DNA of 64,000 nucleotides from Lama guanicoe (Eukaryota). Numbering within the stretch: the first letter of the stretch is position 1; every line of letters starts with the position of its first letter. The stretch is from NCBI GenBank assembly GCA_013239625.1, contig MU053304.1, positions 1,240,001 through 1,304,000 of the forward strand. The letters are read 5' to 3'. The notes below the pieces were generated by a model. That model searched no databases and was not told where the DNA came from. It saw nothing but the letters and a program-made list of their open reading frames with translations. A program made the translations under genes and the position numbers. Shown here piece by piece: positions 26,180-38,656 of the stretch.

Positions 26180-29100
26180 TTTATTTTTAAAATTGTGGTA
26201 AAATGTATATAGCAATGTTTATCATTTAAACCATTTGTTAGTGGATAATTTAGTGATATTAAATACATTCACAATGTTGTGTAACCATCATCGCTATCTA
26301 TTTCCAAACCTTTTTTGTCACCCTCAACATAAATTATGTGCCCATTAAACAATAACTCCTCCCGCCCAGCTCCTGTAACCTACATCCGCTTCTTGTTTCT
26401 ATGAATTTGTTTATTTTCGGTTCTTCATATAATTAGAACCATATGTTTGTCCTGTGTCTGGCTTATTTCACTTAGCATGTTTTCAAGGTCCATCTATATA
26501 GTGGCATATATTAAAATTCTTATTCTTTTTTATAGCTGGGTAAGATTCTATTGTATGTGCACACCACATTTTGTTTATCCACTCATCTGTTGATGGACAC
26601 TTGGGTTATTTCCACTTTTTGGCTATTGTGACTAATGCTGCTGTAAACATTGGTGTACAAATACCCGTTTAATTCCCTGTTTTCTTTTGGGTATACACCT
26701 AGGAGTGGGATTGCTAGGTTGTATGGTAGTAAGATATTTATGTTTAACTTTCTGAAGAGCTGCCCAGCTGTCTTCCACAGTGGCTGTACCAGCAATGCAC
26801 GAGGGTTCCAATTTCCCTACATCATCACTAATACTTGTTATTTTCTGTGTATGTGTGTTTTAAAATTATTTTTATCATAGCCATCTTAGTAAATATGAAG
26901 TGATATCTCATTGTGATTTTGATTTGCATTTCCATAATGACTTATGATGTTGGGCATCTTGTCATGTGCTTTTTGGCCATTTGTATATCCTCTTTGGAGA
27001 AACGTCTACTCAAGTCCTTTGCTCATTTTTAAAAAATTGAATTATAGTTGATTTACAATATTGTGCTGGTTTCAGGTATAACAGCAAAGTGATTCAGTTT
27101 TATATATATATGTATTCAAATTATTTTCTATTATAGGTTATTGAATATAGTTCCCTGTTAAACAGCAAATCCTTGTCTACTGTATATTGAATATAGTTCT
27201 TCAATATATTGAATATTGTTCCCTGTGTTATACAGTAAATCATTGTTGCTTATCTATTTTAGGTATAGTAGTTTGTATCTGTTCATCGCATACTCCTAAT
27301 TTATCCCTCTCTGCTCATCCCTTTCCCTTGACCGTAAGTTTGTTTTCTATGTCTGTGAGTCTGTTTCTGTTTTGTATATAGATTCATCTGCATTAGTTTT
27401 TAGATTCCACAGATGTGTCATATCATATTATATTTGTCTTTCTCTGTCTGACTTACTTCACTTAGTATAATGATCTCTAAGTCCATCCTTGTTGCTGCAA
27501 ATGGAAATATTTCGTTTTTTTCTATGGCTGAGTAATATTCCATTGTGTATATATATGTCACATCTTCTAAAGCCAATTGTCTGTTGATACTTTGCCCATT
27601 TTTGAATTGAGTTGTTGGCATTTTTTTTTTTTGCTATTGTGGAGCTTCAGGAATTCTTTACATATTCTGAGTATGAATCCCTTATCAGATATGTGGTTTG
27701 CAAATATTGTCTTCCATTCTATAGGTTGTCTTTTCACTTTCTTGATACTGTCATTTGAGGCACAGAAGTTCTCAGTTTTGATGAAGTCCAATTTATCTAT
27801 TTTTTATTCTGCTGCCTATGCTTTTGGTGTCATAGCCACAAAATCATTGCCAAATCCAGTTTTCATGAAGATTTCATGCATCATGAAGATTTTCCCCAAT
27901 GCTTTCTTCTAAGAATTTTATAGTTTTGTCTCCTATTGTTAGGCCTTTGATCTATTTTGAGTTAATTCTTATGTATGGAAAAAGTCATGGGTCAAATTTC
28001 ATTCGTTTGTGTGTGGATATCCAGTTTTCCCAGAATCATTTGTTGAAAAGACTGTGCTTTCCTCATTGAATAGTCTTGGCACACTTGTTGAGAATCGATT
28101 GATCGCATATATAAGGATTCACTTCTGGTTTCTCTGTTCTATTTTATTGATCCGTATGTCTGCCCTTATGCCAGTACTATACTGTTTTAATTACTGTAGC
28201 TTTGTACTATGTTTCAAAGTTGGGAAATGTGAGTCTTCCAAATTCATTCTTCCTTTTTAAGATTGTTTTGGCTATTCAGGGTCCCTTGAAATTCTATGTA
28301 AATTTGAGGATCAGTTTTTCCATTTCTGTGAAAAAGGCTGTTGGAATTTTAATAGGAGTTGTGATCAATTTGTAGACTGCTTTGGGTAGTACTGACGTCT
28401 TAGCAATGTTAAGTCTTCCAATCCATGAACATGGGCTGTCTTTACATTTATTTAGGCCTTCTTTAATTTCTTTCAGCACTTTTTGTAATTTTCAGGATAC
28501 AAATCCTTCACTTCCTTGGTTAGATTTATTCTAAAGTACTCACTTATTTTAGATGGTTTGGGGATGGAATTGCTTTCTTAATTTTTTTTTAATTGTTGAA
28601 AAATAGCTCTGTGCTGGGGATCAGCCTAAGAAGAAAGCTTATGGTCTTTTCAGGTGTTTTCTGAGCCTATGTCTGTCCCTGGGTGTGTGCAGTGGCTTTC
28701 TAAATCCCCTTATGTATGTTGCTGCTTTTGAATGTCCTAATCTTAAATGTCTGGCTTCCAAAAGGGGAGAAAAGGAAACAACAAACAAATGAACACACAA
28801 AAAGCAGGTGCAACTCCTTCATATCCCCAGGAAACCACTTCAGCCAGTGGGAGTTGCAACCATGACTGTCTTTCTCTATGCCTGCACCTTAGCAGTGAAA
28901 AGCAGTGATCTGCAATCAGAACACAGAACCCTAATATTTAGAGGACCAATTCCTTATTGTCCACCCTGGCTCCAGCAAGCACGCCAGAAATGTGGGCACA
29001 GCTGCTGCCACTGGGCTGGGAGGGATGAGGGGTAGGTAGCCACTATAGCACTAAGGGTAAAATTGGCTAAAATTAGCCACACTTTACCAGTCAAGCTTTC

Positions 29101-29240
29101 TCCTGCGAGCTGCAAACATTCAGATTGACTCCAGATTTCCAAAACAATGACTTCAGACAGTTTCTGCTAGTACAGTCATTGTCAAAGTGGAGAGACAGAT
29201 TCCTGGCACCTCCCACTTTGTCATCGTCCCTGATGTCCCC
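26180..29240 (-). mobile_element. Old L1 (3' UTR, ORF2 and 5' pieces) with a younger L1 3' end nested at about 27030-27580
   Basis: ORF2 peptides on the minus strand (e.g. CSWIGRLNIAKTSVLPKAVYK, KKVKRQPIEWKTIFANHISDKG). Confidence 0.88.
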
Positions 29241-29758
29241 TCCCATTGTTAAGCCCCATAGTAAAATTAATGGACTGAAATGAAATCTCCCCTTTTTTGT
29301 AGGTTAAACTCCCAAAGAAATTATAACCCCCAAATCCCCCTGGTTAATGTCCTTATTCTACTCAGACATTGCTGCGGAGGATGGGGTGAGGTCCAGATTC
29401 TCACTGCTCTGGCTGCTGCAGCCTGTGCCTCTTGGGAGATGTGGCTCTTTTAGCACACCAACCAAGTTCCAGCAAACCCTTGCTCTCTTATGTTTTCCTA
29501 AGTCCAAGAGGCAAGAAGATTGCCAAAACTAATAAGAATATCACAAGTCGGGTTACAACCCACAAAATTAAAAAAAAGCAAGCAAATCTGAAGCCAACCT
29601 AACAATATGTAATCTGTGACAATCCCCTGATCCCAGGACACCAATGGCCATAGACTCTCGCAAAGGCTTCTTCACTGGAGTGTGGGGAACAGACAGATCA
29701 AACCGCAGAAGGAAGAAAAATCATTGGTCAATATCCAGAATCCATTGTAGAACTTAAT

Positions 29759-29888
29759 GTTATTTATTTTGATTTTGGTGGGGAGGTATTTAGGTTTATT
29801 TATTTATTTAATGGAGGTACTAGGGATTGAACACAGGACCTCATGCATGCTAAGCAGGTACTCTACCACTGAGCTGTACCCTCCACCC
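29759..29888 (-). mobile_element. tRNA-derived SINE (Vic-1-like)
   Basis: Same family as 14812; TSD tgtagaacttaat (29746-29758) and tgtggaacttaat (29889-29901). Confidence 0.88.
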
Positions 29889-30199
29889 TGTGGAACTTAA
29901 TTTAAATTTGGGATAGTTTCCATCTGAAGGTCAATTGTAGCCTTATGTTTTCCAAATTCAGGGGGAAATCTACCTATTTGAATGGCTTCCTCTTTCAGAG
30001 AGTGGCATCTACCTTCTTGCAAATTTTGTAAATTTTTAGTGACACCATCTCGTGTTCCCAAGGCTTCTTGTGGCTTCCTTCTCCCCTGTAGTGTCCACCT
30101 TGAATATTTAAAACCTCTTGGTTTCCATTTGCCCTTTGAGCCCTATACTCTGGGACATCAGTGGTGCGTCCGTGTGGGACCTGTCTAGGGAGGCAGCTT

Positions 30200-30930
30200 C
30201 ATGTATAACTGGCACCTCTCCCAGCAAAGACTATAACTATGTATCTCCTTCGGTTTTTGTGGGGATTTGAGGGGGGCCCACAATAACACCTTTTATGCAT
30301 TTAATTTCAGACTCACTTAAGGGAGAGATAAGAAGTCAGTAGCTGGAGATCGTAACATCAGCTTTATTACTAATCAAAACTGGACTGGGGGACATGGCTT
30401 AGCTGTGTGACAATGATGGGTTTCTTTGTCCTGGGAACCATGATTAAGGAACTGCTCCAGCCAGGCAAGGCTGCAACGCCTACACCTGGGGCATCCAACT
30501 AGAGGCCTTCTCTCTGCTGCCAGGCTGGCTCCAGAGAGATAGGCAGAAAGAGACCCGCCTCATAGCCTGGGCTCCTTCTCCAAAATGTCTAAGAGCCTAT
30601 CTGTCATAGACAGGAGGGGGGAGGGAGGGACCAGGGGTGTCACGCTGACTAGTGTCCTCCCTCCTGGAAGGAGATTATCTGGAGCCGGGAATGAATGGCC
30701 CCACCCGAGGTAACCTGGCTTCTGCTCTTTCCTTCCAGTTCTCACCCACAGGAGGAAACCCAGTCTTTTCATTTTTCAACCACAGTGACCACCGCTGCTG
30801 CTGCTGCCTCTTGGCTTTGAATTCTGCAGGCCCAGGAATTCTACTTCTCTGGGTAATAAACCCCTGGTCTCAGCTCAAACTAACCCCTCAATACAAAATC
30901 CTGAACTGAAGCTGTACTTGGCGAAACTGG
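30200..30930 (-). mobile_element. Probable ERV LTR
   Basis: LTR-like composition with antisense AATAAA (ctttatt near 30362); family not recognised. Confidence 0.35.
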
Positions 30931-31416
30931 GTGAAACTTACCTCAGCAGCCCAGGAAGGACCAACTTGCCTGCTGGCCCATGCTTTCCCCCAGCTTCAAA
31001 TTCTCCTCTTCTGAGTGTTTCAGACCTCGAATAATCTGAGCTGTTTCTGTGAGAACAGAAATGTTACATGTCAATACTTTCCCTGTAGCCATGGAAAGGT
31101 CTCTTGTATCACATATGTCTTTCAAGCTGTTCCAGCAGGATCTTTCAAAGTTCAGCCTGCTTCTTGGGTTAGTTCTGCCCTTGCCTTCTCTATGTGGGTC
31201 TCATGCTGTTTCTGGGATCAGAGCATCTTTCCCCGCCGACTTGTCAAGTCTTGACCACTACACAAAAACCTAGTTCTTAAACTGATCTTTAAGATTTTTT
31301 TCCAATGCCTTTTTTCTTCACATACTGAATTCTGAGGATTTTTAAAGCTCGTATACTTTCTGCTGTAAGTTAACAAATACCTTGACTCAAATTGGCCTAA
31401 AAAAGAGAAGATATAT

Positions 31417-33307
31417 ATAAATATATATATATTTACATATATGTTCAATATATAAAAAATTTTATTGACGACTAGTTGATTTACAATATTATATTAATTT
31501 CAGGTGTACACCATAGTGATTCAATATTATAATAGATTATACTTCATTTGAAGTTATTATAGAGTACTGATGGATTTTCTGTGCTGTACAATATACCCCT
31601 GTAGCTTATTTACTTTATCCCCAGTAGTTTGTACCTCTGAATTCCGTATCCTTACCCTGTCCCTCCGCCTTGTCCTCTCTTGACTGGTAACCACTAGTTT
31701 GTTCTCTGTATCTGTGAGTCTGTTTCTGTTTTGTTATATTCATTCATTCGTTTTATTTTTTAATGATTCCACATATAACCGTTCTCATTTTTAAAAATTT
31801 GGTTTTCTCTTTGCTGTCCTGATTGGATGAGTTCCCTTGTTCTGTCTTCTAGGTCACATATGCACTCTTCTTTGTCACTTAGTTTGCTATTCATACGTTC
31901 TTGTGTGTTTTTCATTTCAGTTATTGTATTCCTCAGTTCTGACTGATTCTTTTTTACATTTTCTAGTTCCTCATTGAAATTCATACCGTATTCCTCTATT
32001 CTTTTCCTTAATTTACTTAGCACTTTTATTGCTAATGCTTTCAACTCTTTATCTGGTAAATTACTTATTTCTGTTTCATTAGTTGTTTTTTCAGGGGTTT
32101 TGTCTTGTCCTTTCATTTGGAACAAATTCCCCTGTCTTCTCATTGTGCTTAACTTTCTTGGTCTCTATGATTTAGGTGAAATATTTACCTATCCCAGTCT
32201 TGACTGGGTGTCCTGCTGTGGGAATGGCCCTGTACAGTCTGCTTGTGCCCAGGGGCTTTGGTGGGAGAGCTGGATCTGACATGAGCATAAGCCACATCTT
32301 TTCCCAGGGTGTCCTGGCAGCTGTCACCTTGGTAGGAGGTGGGGCTGGAGATGGAGGGGCTAGGGCCAGGGTTAGTTGTGAACCAGGGCTTCTCCCCTTC
32401 TCAGCGGCCAACACCATCCTACTAGGGGCAGGGGTAGGTTCTACGTTGCTGGAGCAGAAGTTCTGAGGGTTTGTGTCTGTGCCGGCATCATTCCCTCTAA
32501 GTTTGTGTTCTCCTCCCTCCCAGCGCTGGCACCCTCGCCCCAGACGGGAGCAGTGCTGGAGAGAGAGAGGCTGGGCTGGGCACTTGGCATAGGTCAGGGG
32601 GGTTTTGGCAGTCCCCGCAGCAGTCAGAGTTCCAGACTACTTTTGATCTGGTGCCTTTGTAGGCACCAGCAGTGACTCCCTCACCTCGTTCAGTGCAGTG
32701 CCAGGTCCAAGCAGGCTTCGTCCCCTACAACTGTGTACTGCCCTTGGCTGTGGCAGCCCTTGTCCCAGTGCGGAGCTGCGCCACAGAGCAGCCAGGGCCA
32801 GACAAGTGCTTGGGCCAGACTAGGGCATGTGCCGGGGCAGTCGTGGTAAAGCAGCCAGAGGCCCAGGCAGTGTCAGTCTGCTTCCTCCACCTTGTTCGGG
32901 AGTATACAAACACGTGCACTCTTCAAGAGCAAGGTCCAGGTTTCTTATAGCCCCAGTGTCAGTCCCACTGGCTGTCAAACCAGCTAACTTGTATTCTTGG
33001 TGCCGGACCCCAGGAGTGGGACACTCAGTTTATGGATCGAACTGCTCACTCCCCACAGAGCTGAGCCTGTGTAACCTCCTCCTCTTCTGTGCCCCTTCCA
33101 GGGGTGCTGGTATCGACCTGATCACTTCTCTTCCCTTCCTACCCGTTTCTGCGTGGCTCTTTTATACAGCCTTTGCTGTGTAAGAAAGAGTCTTTCTCCC
33201 AGTCTTCAGTTTGTTTTCCGTGAGGATTGATCCACGTGTGTTTTTGATGTGTTCATGGGGGAGGTGAGCTCCATGTCCTCTTACTCTGCCATCTTGATCT
33301 CTCCCCC
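31417..33307 (-). mobile_element. Internally deleted L1: 5'UTR plus ORF1 N-terminus fused directly to 3'UTR
   Basis: 5' end ggggagagatcaagatggcagagtaagagg; ORF1 MRRQGNLFQMKGQDKTPEK...QIFKNEN (32143 to about 31781) joins 'ttatatgtggaatc' 3'UTR; TSD-like aaaagagaagatatat (31401-31416) and aaatgagaaggtatat (33308-33323). Confidence 0.85.
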
Positions 33308-33737
33308 AAATGAGAAGGTATATTCTCTTTAATAACAAAAAGTCTAGCAGAACACAGGACTCAGGGTTGGCAGATTTAATGGCCCAATGATGTCATTAGG
33401 CACTTGGGTACTTTCCATTTTTTCTGCTCTCATGCCTCTTCATTAACCTAAGGTTGATGATTCATCTTGACCTAAGTCTGTTGGTAACCTCATCATAAGA
33501 CCAGCAGCAACTGGGTGACGTGCTGCCTTATTAGACCCACAACTGGCTTGGATGGGTCATCTAGGGCAGAGGAGTTTGGAGGAGCCAATCAGAATGTCCT
33601 CTTTCTTTGAGCTGAGTACTCTCAATGTGGATCTTTTAATCTCCTAAGCATTTAGGTTTGTGTTAATTCTCCTGATATTTCTTCTACCTTGACCAAGAAT
33701 CTGTTTTATCCCCTATAGCTTAAGGATCCTCATTCTT

Positions 33738-33862
33738 GTTTTCTGAGGAGGAGGAAATTAGGTTTCTTCATTGATTTCCACTTGGAGGAGGTACAGGGGA
33801 TTGAACCGGGGACCTCTTGCATGTTGAACATGTGCTCTACCACTTGAGCTATACCCTTCCCC
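33738..33862 (-). mobile_element. tRNA-derived SINE (Vic-1-like)
   Basis: Same family; TSD aggatcctcattctt at 33723-33737 and 33864-33878. Confidence 0.9.
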
Positions 33863-34734
33863 TAGGATCCTCATTCTTTTTAATCTTTCTGCTAATAAAT
33901 GCACTGCATTACTGGGGTTGAAACAACAATCAGTTCCTTGCAACTCACCATCATAGTCAGCCCTCTTTCACTGGAGGCATGTGGTTCCATCAAACGAGGA
34001 GAAGTGGCGGTTGAGGCAAGCTTCACTTTCACTGTTTGAACCCAGAGATGGTTCCAAAGACAAAGACAAATAGAAGCTGAGACAGTCAACATCGATTGTC
34101 TAGCGATTACAAACTTAAATAGCCCGAAGATGAAAAGAATGCAATGTTTCTCAACGTGGGGTCTATGGACTGCTGCATCAGAGCCATGATCCCACCTAGA
34201 TCTCTGATACCCTGTTGTTTTACTTCATGTCCCTGCTCTCATTTTCTTTCTGCTTCAGTTTATATTTAACTTTTACTTATGTATTTAAAGTATTTTACAA
34301 AGTCACTTTAAGCCCTTTGTTGAATGCTGGTGGAGTATGAATGAAAAAATCATTGTCTAGGAGCATAAATGTAGCTGGATGTTAGCGGGGTTCACCTTGT
34401 TCTTTAAGATCTAGATGATCTTGGATCCCGTCCTCTTGGCGCATCCCATGAGGAGCATTCTTGATTTCCTGAATACTTTGCCTAGAAATCTACTTAACCA
34501 GATCACTGAGTTTGTTAGGGCTATTTCCTATGTCCCACGTTACTGCAGATGAGAGTTTTATGACATTTTCCATCACTGCATAGCCAGGGTCTCTTTCCCT
34601 CCAGCTTCCTCTAATATTTTTTCCTGTAAGCTCCACTGACAGTTCCTTGGGGACCTTCAGGTTTTCATTCACTGCTTGTTCCCAAGTCAATGCCACATGT
34701 TTTATATTCTTGTTACAACAGCAGCTCCCTTGAA

Positions 34735-35150
34735 AATCTGTTCTAGTTACACTGTTGTGAAACAAATTACCCCAAAATGAAGTGACTTAAAACAAACAAA
34801 AAAATCACTTACTTTGTGCATTCACTTGCAATTTCAGTAAGCGCTCAGTGGGGATGGCTAGCTTCTGCTCATTGTGGCATCACTGGTGTAACCGAACTGA
34901 GGCTAGAGGATCTGCTTCCAATATGGCTCCAAATCTACCTACAATACAGTGCATGCACTGCATGCCTGGCTGGCTGGTGCTGGCCAGAATCTCATGGCCT
35001 GGGCCTGGAAACCAGCACAATGTCAGTACTGCCATCTTCCACTTAGTCAAGCAGTTCACAGACCCCAGGTTCAGGAAAACGGAACAGACTTCCCTCTCTA
35101 TGGGAGGAGTGTCAAAAGTTCTGGGGGTGTATTTGCAAGTGCCATACTAC
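34735..35150 (-). mobile_element. Old MLT1 (MaLR) LTR, with MaLR-internal sequence at about 34390-34730
   Basis: 'aacaaattaccccaaaatgaagtgacttaaaacaa...gaggctagaggatctgcttccaatatggctc'. Confidence 0.7.
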
Positions 35151-35749
35151 CTTTAAAAGGTTGGCTATTTTTTACTAACTTGGCTCCTGCCTCTGGCCTC
35201 AGTGGCCTAGAGATCTCTCTGTTCCTCTTTGCTTACTTTCAGAAACTCTAAGAACATTTTCCCCAGTTTATAAGGCAGCGCATTATAATTTATAAATCTG
35301 CATTTATAATACAGAGCTCTCTCCAGTCTTTTGCGTGTCAGTACTGCATTTCCCTGAACTGCTGAGTAGTTTCCGTTGTATGAACGTACCACAATTTTTT
35401 TAATCAGTTCACCCACTGATGAATATTTGGGTTGTTTCCTGTTTGTGGCATCATGAATAAAGCTGCTATGAACATTCCTGTACAAGCCTTTTTGTGAGCA
35501 TAAGTTTTTATTTATCTTGATTAAATACCTAGAGTTTCATTAAATTCAGCAAATGTTTGTGATTTTCAGTGTAGTGTTCTTTCTTGTTAGGTTTATTCTT
35601 TAAATTTGTTTTCCTCACCTTATTGCATGGGCTACGATCTCCAGTAAATGTAAATAGAAATGGTGACCATGGACATCTTTGTCTTGTTCTCAGATTGAAT
35701 GGGAAAGTACTTATTATTTCTCCTGTAAGTAAGATGCTAAGAATAGTTT

Positions 35750-37045
35750 TTTTTTTACTTTTTTTTTTTTAGTCTCTCACTATTCTTTTTTTTTTTTTAC
35801 TTTTTTTTTTCTTTTTTTTTTCATACACTTTTGTTTTTTTTTCCTTTTTTTTTCTATTTTGGTGTTTTTGGATTTTTTTTTTTTTNNNNNNNNNNNNNNN
35901 NNNNNNNNNNNNNNNNNNNNNNNNNNNNNNNNNNNNNNNNNNNNNNNNNNNNNNNNNNNNNNNNNNNNNNNNNNNNNNNNNNNNNNNNNNNNNNNNNNNN
36001 NNNNNNNNNNNNNNNNNNNNNNNNNNNNNNNNNNNNNNNNNNNNNNNNNNNNNNNNNNNNNNNNNNNNNNNNNNNNNNNNNNNNNNNNNNNNNNNNNNNN
36101 NNNNNNNNNNNNNNNNNNNNNNNNNNNNNNNNNNNNNNNNNNNNNNNNNNNNNNNNNNNNNNNNNNNNNNNNNNNNNNNNNNNNNNNNNNNNNNNNNNNN
36201 NNNNNNNNNNNNNNNNNNNNNNNNNNNNNNNNNNNNNNNNNNNNNNNNNNNNNNNNNNNNNNNNNNNNNNNNNNNNNNNNNNNNNNNNNNNNNNNNNNNN
36301 NNNNNNNNNNNNNNNNNNNNNNNNNNNNNNNNNNNNNNNNNNNNNNNNNNNNNNNNNNNNNNNNNNNNNNNNNNNNNNNNNNNNNNNNNNNNNNNNNNNN
36401 NNNNNNNNNNNNNNNNNNNNNNNNNNNNNNNNNNNNNNNNNNNNNNNNNNNNNNNNNNNNNNNNNNNNNNNNNNNNNNNNNNNNNNNNNNNNNNNNNNNN
36501 NNNNNNNNNNNNNNNNNNNNNNNNNNNNNNNNNNNNNNNNNNNNNNNNNNNNNNNNNNNNNNNNNNNNNNNNNNNNNNNNNNNNNNNNNNNNNNNNNNNN
36601 NNNNNNNNNNNNNNNNNNNNNNNNNNNNNNNNNNNNNNNNNNNNNNNNNNNNNNNNNNNNNNNNNNNNNNNNNNNNNNNNNNNNNNNNNNNNNNNNNNNN
36701 NNNNNNNNNNNNNNNNNNNNNNNNNNNNNNNNNNNNNNNNNNNNNNNNNNNNNNNNNNNNNNNNNNNNNNNNNNNNNNNNNNNNNNNNNNNNNNNNNNNN
36801 NNNNNNNNNNNNNNNNNNNNNNNNNNNNNNNNNNNNNNNNNNNNNNNNNNNNNNNNNNNNNNNNNNNNNNNNNNNNNNTAGGAGAAAATTTTTCAAATGT
36901 ATGTCAGATAATGTTTTGCCTATGTTTTCTTCTAGGAGTGGTATTGTATCTTGTCTTATGTTTAAGTCTTTAATCCATTTTGAGTTGATTTTTGTATATG
37001 GTGTAAGGGAGTGTTCTAGCTTCATTGTTTTACATGCTGCTGTCC
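35750..37045 (-). mobile_element. Young L1 3' portion interrupted by an assembly gap
   Basis: Long T-rich tail on the left of the gap; ORF2 peptide [28 protein letters not shown] on the right. Confidence 0.85.
35886..36878. other. Assembly gap (993 N)
   Basis: N run. Confidence 1.
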
Positions 37046-37427
37046 TGTTTTATTCTCTTTATCTGTTGCTGGATTTGATTTGATAATGTTCTGTAGTTTT
37101 TCCATCTATGTCCATAGAGACATTGACTTGCATGTTTCATCTTTGTAATGTCTGTCAGGTTTTTGTATTGGGATTCTGCCTTCCTCCTAGAGCAAGCTAG
37201 GTTTCTTATTTCTTTATTCACTGAAAAAGTTTGTGTAAGATTGTTAACATTCTTCCTTAAGTGTATATTTTGAAGAATTCACAAATGATGTCATCTGGGC
37301 CTAGGTTTTCATTTGTTTGCTTTTTTCTTTTTTCCTTTTTTGTATTTTTTGGTGGGGTGGGTAGGGAGTGAGAAGAGCATCTTGAAATCTTGGTATTTAT
37401 TTTCTCATTGTATTTTTTTTTCCTTAG

Positions 37428-37581
37428 GATGCTTCCAGTTCAGAAGAAGGAGATTTTCCATGAGATCCTTTTGAATCACTTTAAGGAAAATAAGGTGGAG
37501 ATAACAAGTGCAATAACAAAGCCATTTCCCTTCCTTGAGAGCCTCAGAGATAGCTCCTTCATCACTGAAAAAATCTATAGT
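37428..37581 (+). CDS. SP100/SP140-family paralog, HSR/CARD exon 1 (ATG at 37429): MLPVQKKEIFHEILLNHFKENKVEITSAITKPFPFLESLRDSSFITEKIYS
   Basis: Acceptor tttttccttAG, donor GTGAGT; matches the HSR motif F.ENKVEI..AI..PFPFL..LRD...I. Confidence 0.92.
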
Positions 37582-38487
37582 GTGAGTAAAGTTTATTATA
37601 TTTCCCCATGGTAACCCATCCCCATGCTGATTTGTATTTGACATCCTAAATTCAAAATTTAATGTATCACTAACTGGCTGAGAGTCCTTTTATGCTTTTC
37701 TTGGGGAGACCCTTTTAAGTTAGTTAATCACCCTGTAAGCTCAAGGGTGACAGAGAAAGCACATATCACTTCTATTCCGATCAAAGCCCTTCTCTTCTGT
37801 GACACATGTTAGAGTGGGGATGGGTGGTAATGGTGATATGGCTGGATTGCAACATATGCTTTGTAAGATGTATAGCAATTTATACAACATAACAAAATTA
37901 AACTAAATTAAAATAATAAAATTGGGGCAGTATTTCATTATAATACCCATTTATGGTAAATGAAATCCCCAGGGAATTTGTGCTAGTATAAATCAAATTT
38001 CTGCCTTTTTTTTGTCTCCTCCAGAGTGTTTAAACTTTGTTAGGTGGTTCTGGAGTCTTGGAATTCCAGTAAATTAGATCAGTGGACCCTCCTGGGGAAA
38101 CAGAGAAGGAAACCATCTCCGCACTGCGTGATTGTGCAGGTCCCTGTGTGCTCCTCGTGGCAGGGGCAGGACCATCTCCCTACATCCTGGAGCCCTTTCA
38201 GGGCTTCTCACACCTGGAGGGTAGGCAGTGGTTGCTGGGAAATCCACAGAATTGCTATAAGCTTCATTCTTGAAACAGCCTAGGCAGGATGAAAATTCAA
38301 AAAGTCAAGAGGAAGGGTTATTTTAAGCAGCTGATCAAGTATTTAAGAAGTTCTAAAATATTGCATGAAAAATACTAGTCTATCTACATTGAGCAAGTAG
38401 AATTAGTGCTCTGTGCAGTTCCTTTCTAGATGTCTCTTTAACTCTGAAACTATTATTTTATATTTTTTCCATTGCACCTTTTAAAAG

Positions 38488-38656
38488 GATTCTCAAGAAG
38501 CCTGTAGAAACTTGGTTCCTGTAGGGAAAGTGATATATCATATTCTCTGTCACCTTGAGAAGACGTTTGATAAATCACTTCTACGAGCCCTGTTCAGCAG
38601 GGTCCATCTGAAGGAGTATCCTGACTTAATTCCAATTCATAGAAGCTTTGAAAATG
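38488..38656 (+). CDS. HSR/CARD exon 2: [56 protein letters not shown]
   Basis: AG/GT bounded, 169 nt, phase 0 to 1; resembles human SP100 [27 protein letters not shown]...EYPDLIHIYKGFEN. Confidence 0.93.

Noticed and set aside
35769..37025. 340-418 aa ORFs in the supplied track
   Set aside because: Artefacts of translating through the N gap.
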